Shown: one piece after another, positions 59,656 to 64,000 of the stretch
Layout: every line of letters begins with the position of its first letter
Numbering within the stretch: the stretch's first letter is position 1
Assembly: GCA_022709865.1 (NCBI GenBank)
Contig: JAKLIA010000002.1
Coordinates: 14,521 to 78,520 of the forward strand
DNA from: Patescibacteria group bacterium
GTDB lineage: Bacteria; Patescibacteriota; Minisyncoccia; Portnoybacterales; GWB1-42-6
Direction: 5' to 3'
Length of the DNA: 64,000 nucleotides
Made by a program: the position numbers and the translations under genes
The notes under the pieces: model-generated
Databases searched by the model: none
The model's input: only the letters and a program-made list of their open reading frames with translations
What the model was told of the DNA's origin: nothing

Positions 59656-61389
59656 ATGCCAGACACATTTACATTTGATGCCGAAGACAAAAAAATAGAA
59701 GATATTTTATTTTCTAGTAATAAATTTAGAATACCCCGATATCAGCGCCCTTATTCGTGGGATACAGATAAGGTAGAAGAGTTTTGGAATGACATTCAAA
59801 CAAATAAAGAAACTTTTTTTCTTGGTTCATTTGTTTTTAATTTCGAAAATTTTAAAGAAAACCAATACATAGAAATTATTGATGGCCAACAACGCCTCTT
59901 AACAATTACTCTTTTTATGGCCAGCATTAGAGATCTCGCAAAAAAAATGGGAGAGAATGATCTGGCTAAAAGAATTCAAACTAGCTGTATTGCCTTTGAG
60001 GATCGCAGAGGCAATCAAGAATATAGGATAGAATGCGGAGATTCAATTAAGGATTTTTTTAAAAACTATATCCAAAATCTTGATGCAGTCAATTTTCCAG
60101 GAAAAACCACAAAAGAGCAAAAATTAATAATAGATAATTATAATTTTTTTAAAAAAAGATTAGAGGACGAAATAAACAGTATAACTGAAAAGACAGAAAA
60201 AAAGGATTTTTTATTAAATCTTTGGGATAAAATTGCTGATCTTCGTGTTATCTGGATAGAAATTAATAGTGATGAGGAAGCATACACTATTTTTGAAACC
60301 GTTAACGCTCGAGGAGCAGAATTGACAGTGGCTGACCTCTTAAAAAATATGATTTTTAAAAACGTAAGAAAGAAAGACGGAGGGATAGATATCGCTAAAC
60401 AAAAATGGACAAAACTAGAAGAATCCATTTCAGAAACAGATATAGAAATATCTAAATTTATTCGCCACTATTGGCTATCAAAATATTCCTTTGTTGGAGA
60501 AAAAAATCTATATAAAGAAATAAAAAAACATATCGGAGATTTTGAAAAGTTTTTAAACGAACTAGTAGAAGCGTCATGTTGGTATAATAAATTAATTGCC
60601 GGCAACAATGATGACTGGCAAGAGATTAAAAACGGCAAAAAAATCTATGATACGCTTTTAGGCATCAAAGCTATGGGAGCAAAACAATGTCAAGTTCTAT
60701 TTTTAAGCCTTTTAAGAAATGTAAGTAAAGTTAATTTCAGCATCGCATATTATTTCCAAATTATAGAAAATTTTACATTTAATTATTCGGCTGTTTGTAA
60801 ATTACAAGCCAACAGAATAGAAAAGCTATATTCAAAAACAGCTATTGAGATAGAAAAGCAAATTTCAAATTCTAATAAAAAATTGGCTCAAAAAAACACA
60901 CAAAGAGCATTAGATTTACTAGTTAGAGAGTTAAAAGACCTACTGCCACCATATTCTCTTTTTGAAGAAAAATTTAAAGAAATCTCTTATAAAAATTCTG
61001 GAGTGTCTAGAATTTTTATAAAATACTTACTTTCAAAAATCAACAAAGAGAAAAGCGGAGGAGAGATAAAATTAGATTTCGATATCGTTAATATAGAGCA
61101 TGTTTTACCACATAAACCAAGTGATAAATGGAAAATTAAAAAATCAGAAATAAGAGACTATGTTGATTTACTTGGAAACCTAACCCTTGTTGATAAAAAG
61201 ATAAACTCTGAAGCGGGGAATAGATCCCCAAGAGAAAAAAGTAAAATATTAAAAAAATCTAAAATAGAGATAACGAAAGAAATTGCAAAACTTTTAAAAG
61301 ACCAAGATTATAGATGGAATCAAGAAGATATACTAAAAAGACAAAAACAATTATCTAAAACTTCCTATGCAAAAATCTGGAAGTTATAA
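59656..61389 (+). CDS. GmrSD-family type IV (modification-dependent) restriction endonuclease-like protein: DUF262 (ParB-like NTPase) plus DUF1524 (His-Me finger) domains
   Basis: N-terminal DUF262 motifs (RYQRPYSW, IIDGQQRLLTITLF, FETVNARG). C-terminal DUF1524/HNH-like motifs (NIEHVLPHKP, GNLTLVDKKINSEAGNRS). Very AT-rich, Lys-rich composition relative to its neighbours. Confidence 0.8.
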   Translation: MPDTFTFDAEDKKIEDILFSSNKFRIPRYQRPYSWDTDKVEEFWNDIQTNKETFFLGSFVFNFENFKENQYIEIIDGQQRLLTITLFMASIRDLAKKMGENDLAKRIQTSCIAFEDRRGNQEYRIECGDSIKDFFKNYIQNLDAVNFPGKTTKEQKLIIDNYNFFKKRLEDEINSITEKTEKKDFLLNLWDKIADLRVIWIEINSDEEAYTIFETVNARGAELTVADLLKNMIFKNVRKKDGGIDIAKQKWTKLEESISETDIEISKFIRHYWLSKYSFVGEKNLYKEIKKHIGDFEKFLNELVEASCWYNKLIAGNNDDWQEIKNGKKIYDTLLGIKAMGAKQCQVLFLSLLRNVSKVNFSIAYYFQIIENFTFNYSAVCKLQANRIEKLYSKTAIEIEKQISNSNKKLAQKNTQRALDLLVRELKDLLPPYSLFEEKFKEISYKNSGVSRIFIKYLLSKINKEKSGGEIKLDFDIVNIEHVLPHKPSDKWKIKKSEIRDYVDLLGNLTLVDKKINSEAGNRSPREKSKILKKSKIEITKEIAKLLKDQDYRWNQEDILKRQKQLSKTSYAKIWKL

Positions 61390-61453
61390 AATAATAATAG
61401 TATTGTGCGACATAATAAGTGTAATCAACCTAAATTAACTTAAATCAACCAAT

Positions 61454-61885
61454 ATGCCTCAAATAGCGCTTATAGCCATAGTTTTACCCTTACTTTTAGC
61501 CCCATTAGGCTCTGTTTTGGCCCAGGACGCGGCTTCAAGCACCGAGGCGGTAAATCCTGCGTTTGAGCTGCCAAAAACGCCTTTAGACGATGTTATAAAT
61601 AAGTGGTTCGGGGACGGCAAACTGCAGGAGGCAGCCCAAGATGCCATGAATAAGGCTCAATCAGGGCTGCAGAACGCTGCCGGGCAGGCTGTTGATACTG
61701 CCAAAGACGCTGCTCAAGCCGAAATTGAACGCCAGGCTGATTTGGCTATCCAAGGCGCCAGAGAAAAAGCCGAGGGATATGTAGGCGGGGTGGTATCTAT
61801 AGTTAAGAATGTAATAAATGATTTCATTTCTAAAATAAAATCTTTTTTCTCTGATCTGTTTGCTAAAGAAGCATCAACGTACTAA
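61454..61885 (+). CDS. Small secreted Ala/Gln-rich hypothetical protein
   Basis: Signal peptide MPQIALIAIVLPLLLAPLGSVLA. A hairpin terminator (GAGGGCT...AGCCCTC) follows at about 61905-61930. Confidence 0.45.
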   Translation: MPQIALIAIVLPLLLAPLGSVLAQDAASSTEAVNPAFELPKTPLDDVINKWFGDGKLQEAAQDAMNKAQSGLQNAAGQAVDTAKDAAQAEIERQADLAIQGAREKAEGYVGGVVSIVKNVINDFISKIKSFFSDLFAKEASTY

Positions 61886-62189
61886 AAAATAAAAAGACAG
61901 AAGTGGGTGAGGGCTTACGAAACAAGCCCTCTCTTATTAGGCTTATTCAGTCGCAAAAGGTATCTTGTGCGACATACTGTATAGCTCGCCTTGACACTTC
62001 CCTCTAAGTTATCCACAGCTAGTTTTTGTCCTTGCCTCCAAACCTTACTAGGCTATCTTTTAAATATTTATTACAAAAATATTTTTATATAAATAATTAT
62101 TTTATTTATTTTTCTTTTTTTATTTTTTGTAAATAAAAAGGGGCAGTCTTTTTTGACTTGCCCCTATCCCCTAAGGTTGGCCCTACCCC

Positions 62190-62495
62190 TTATTGAAGCG
62201 TTAGCTTATTAAGGTTAAGAAAGGGGTTAGATATTTTAACATGCCAACCCGTCGGCCTGACAATATAACTTTGCTGCGGCCTGATATTTGTCCATTTGCC
62301 ATTCTCATCAACCCATTTTACTTTTTTTGAAACGCCGCTAACCAATTCATACCCCAGAGATCTTATAGAAACCCTTTCTCCGCAAGTGGGGCATAACAAG
62401 TCGCCCTTCAGCATAAGCATCACCTCTGTTGAAAGCAGCACGCCGCAATACTCGCAAATGCCAAGATTATTAACTCCGACTATTATATCGGCCAT
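62190..62495 (-). CDS. Zinc-ribbon hypothetical protein (CxxC...CxxC)
   Basis: 101 aa, CEYCG...CPTCG. Imperfect hairpin plus T-tract downstream on the minus strand (about 62130-62165). Confidence 0.45.
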   Translation of the reverse strand: MADIIVGVNNLGICEYCGVLLSTEVMLMLKGDLLCPTCGERVSIRSLGYELVSGVSKKVKWVDENGKWTNIRPQQSYIVRPTGWHVKISNPFLNLNKLTLQ

Positions 62496-62609
62496 ATTAT
62501 GACCTCCTTTTAAGAACTATTTTAATATAACCATTATACAACAATAATTGCTCTTAGTCAATATTTTAGGCAAAATAAAACCTAGCTGATTGCAGCTAGG
62601 TTTTTATGG

Positions 62610-62999
62610 TTAATGGAGGGTTATGGCTTGGCCTAATGATTTTATTTTGGCTTCCTGGGTTTTAGCAATTTGTTCGTCCAGGATTTTTATAAAATCTTCA
62701 GGCTGCACAAACTCTCCCTGCTCAACTATATCTTCTAATCGCTCCTTCACTGTTAAATAAAGAAGGAAGGCGTTTTGGAACAGGCGGTCTTTTGCTTCCT
62801 CCAAAGCTTCATCAAGGGTTCCGCCAAACTCCCCTTCTTCTGTTTCTTGAATAAATAATTGGTCGCTGAAGCACTGAGCGATAATTTCTTTGTTCTCTTC
62901 TTTTTCTTCCTCCGAAAGAATGTTTAAGATCTGGTCAAAATTAATTAACGCTTGCTTATCTGATATGGAAACCGCGAAAAGTACAGAACGCATAAACAT
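62610..62999 (-). CDS. Highly acidic hypothetical protein (129 aa). Start set at the internal Met with a GAGGAGG RBS.
   Basis: GAGGAGGG 8 nt upstream of the ATG at 62999. Glu/Asp-rich. The longer ORF-track form would overlap the upstream gene by 89 nt. Confidence 0.45.
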   Translation of the reverse strand: MFMRSVLFAVSISDKQALINFDQILNILSEEEKEENKEIIAQCFSDQLFIQETEEGEFGGTLDEALEEAKDRLFQNAFLLYLTVKERLEDIVEQGEFVQPEDFIKILDEQIAKTQEAKIKSLGQAITLH

Positions 63000-63027
63000 A
63001 CGCAATCCCTCCTCTTGGTTCGTTTGG

Positions 63028-63351
63028 TTAAGCGTGGCCGACTTTATTCCAGTCGAATTGTTCGTGCCAGGTATCCCCGATAGAAATTGAGAAAGTGGCT
63101 CCCGGACGAAAAGCATTTCCCTTTTCTTTATTTATACAAGAATATAGTTCGAGTAGCTTAGAATTAAGGGAAACTATGACTTCTTTTTTTTCTTCCTCGG
63201 AAAAATATAGCTTATGCTTGTTTTTTTGGATCACTTCAGCGTATACTACCATATCATTTATCTCTTGAATTAAATAACAATGTTTTCTTTTTTCTTTCTC
63301 GGTCAACGACGACAAATACTGCTCAACATCAATTTCAAAAACAGTCTTCAT
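63028..63351 (-). CDS. Hypothetical protein (107 aa), first gene of a three-gene minus-strand block
   Basis: ORF with no recognisable motif. Divergent from the PD-(D/E)XK nuclease gene. Confidence 0.4.
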   Translation of the reverse strand: MKTVFEIDVEQYLSSLTEKEKRKHCYLIQEINDMVVYAEVIQKNKHKLYFSEEEKKEVIVSLNSKLLELYSCINKEKGNAFRPGATFSISIGDTWHEQFDWNKVGHA

Positions 63352-63481
63352 ATTTCCCCCTTTCTGTTCAATTGTTAAACAACAAAGGTGTAATTATCTT
63401 CTTCTATTTTTAGAATACGCCCAATTTAATTTAGGGTCAATCTTTCGTTTTATTGCCTAGAATGTTAAAATTGCCCTATAT

Positions 63482-64000
63482 ATGAGAATCTCTTATTCGG
63501 CGCTGGAAACCTTTAAGCGCTGCCCATTAAAGTTTAAGTTCCAATATATTGACCGCCTTAAAACGCGAAAATCCAAAGACGCGCTTTTTGGCACGTTGTT
63601 GCATAGCGCTTTAAAACTCCTGCATGAACCGGGGCTTATAATTCCCACCGAGGAAGATATTTTAAAGTTTGTCAGCGATAAGTGGGACTCTACCCCCTAC
63701 TCCACCGAGCAGGAATCTGCGCTGGCTTTTGGCCAGGCAATAAAAATCGTTAAAGATTATTACGCCAAAAATTATCCGGCTGATTTTGACGTGCTGGCGC
63801 TGGAAACTCCTTTTGAAGTGCCACTGCAAATCGGAAGTGAGCAGCATTTGATTACCGGTAAAATTGACCGGGTGGATAAGCTGGCCGACGGAGCGCTGGA
63901 AATCATCGATTATAAAACCACTAAAAAAATGCCTTCGCAGGAAAGCGTGGATAAAGATTTGCAGCTGGCAATTTATCACTTGGGAGTGGCTAATCGCTGG
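63482..64000 (+). CDS. PD-(D/E)XK nuclease-superfamily protein (RecB/Cas4-like nuclease domain). 3'-partial; it runs off the window.
   Basis: N-terminal SYSALETFKRCPLKFKFQYI (typical of RecB-family nuclease domains) and GKIDRVDK...LEIIDYKTT (D...D/ExK catalytic core). No stop before nt 64000. Confidence 0.7.
   Translation, partial: MRISYSALETFKRCPLKFKFQYIDRLKTRKSKDALFGTLLHSALKLLHEPGLIIPTEEDILKFVSDKWDSTPYSTEQESALAFGQAIKIVKDYYAKNYPADFDVLALETPFEVPLQIGSEQHLITGKIDRVDKLADGALEIIDYKTTKKMPSQESVDKDLQLAIYHLGVANRW

Noticed and set aside
62610-63116. Long (168-aa) form of the acidic protein
   Set aside because: The N-terminal 39 codons overlap the upstream gene (63028-63351) by 89 nt and lack an RBS. 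The internal ATG at 62999 has a GAGGAGG RBS, so the shorter form was called.
63662-63979. 105-aa minus-strand ORF
   Set aside because: Antisense to the plus-strand PD-(D/E)XK nuclease ORF, which has clear catalytic motifs. The nuclease ORF was missed by the ORF track only because it has no stop inside the window.

Overview
This looks like a low-GC, strongly plus-strand-biased, tightly packed genome segment from a Candidate Phyla Radiation (CPR/Patescibacteria)-like bacterium. Three things support this: many small hypothetical membrane proteins; a 16S rRNA with mismatches at the universal 515F primer site; and a 16S-tRNAIle-tRNAAla unit that is not followed by a 23S gene.

Gene content in window order:
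- Housekeeping: metallophosphoesterase, malic enzyme, UppP.
- Efflux: a MarR-regulated MacA/MacB-type module with a split MacB (separate ATPase and two FtsX permeases).
- An orphan CheY-like receiver.
- A 2602-aa beta-helix/FN3/MBG/DUF5011/IPT surface giant.
- Two tandem CAP-domain paralogs.
- An ICMT-like membrane domain fused to a sortase.
- A secreted protein, a lipoprotein and a DUF11-repeat surface protein.
- A four-subunit group 3b [NiFe]-hydrogenase (beta-gamma / delta-alpha). It is interrupted by hypC, a DMT transporter and a HypC-like ORF, and is followed by a cysteine-less HypA-like ORF, trxB and a glutaredoxin-like gene.
- A LemA-TPM pair.
- A carbamoyltransferase locus with three tandem SGNH/GDSL-like paralogs, a DUF5989-like micro-ORF and a GT-C-like polytopic membrane protein.
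- gap, a B12/radical-SAM-like protein, and the 16S gene.
- An 86-aa GIY-YIG ORF bracketed by a perfect 20-bp inverted repeat, abutting tRNA-Ile.
- tRNA-Ala, acylphosphatase, uppS, a YbaK-like deacylase and a partial dcw cluster (dacA-like, mraY, murD, ftsW, murG).
- gltX, an M23 peptidase, a Cys-rich metallothionein-like micro-ORF, and a GmrSD-type (DUF262/DUF1524) type IV restriction enzyme.
- A block of small unknown genes on the opposite strand and a partial PD-(D/E)XK nuclease at the window edge.

No CRISPR array was seen. All calls rest on motifs read by eye and on the ORF track; no searches were run.
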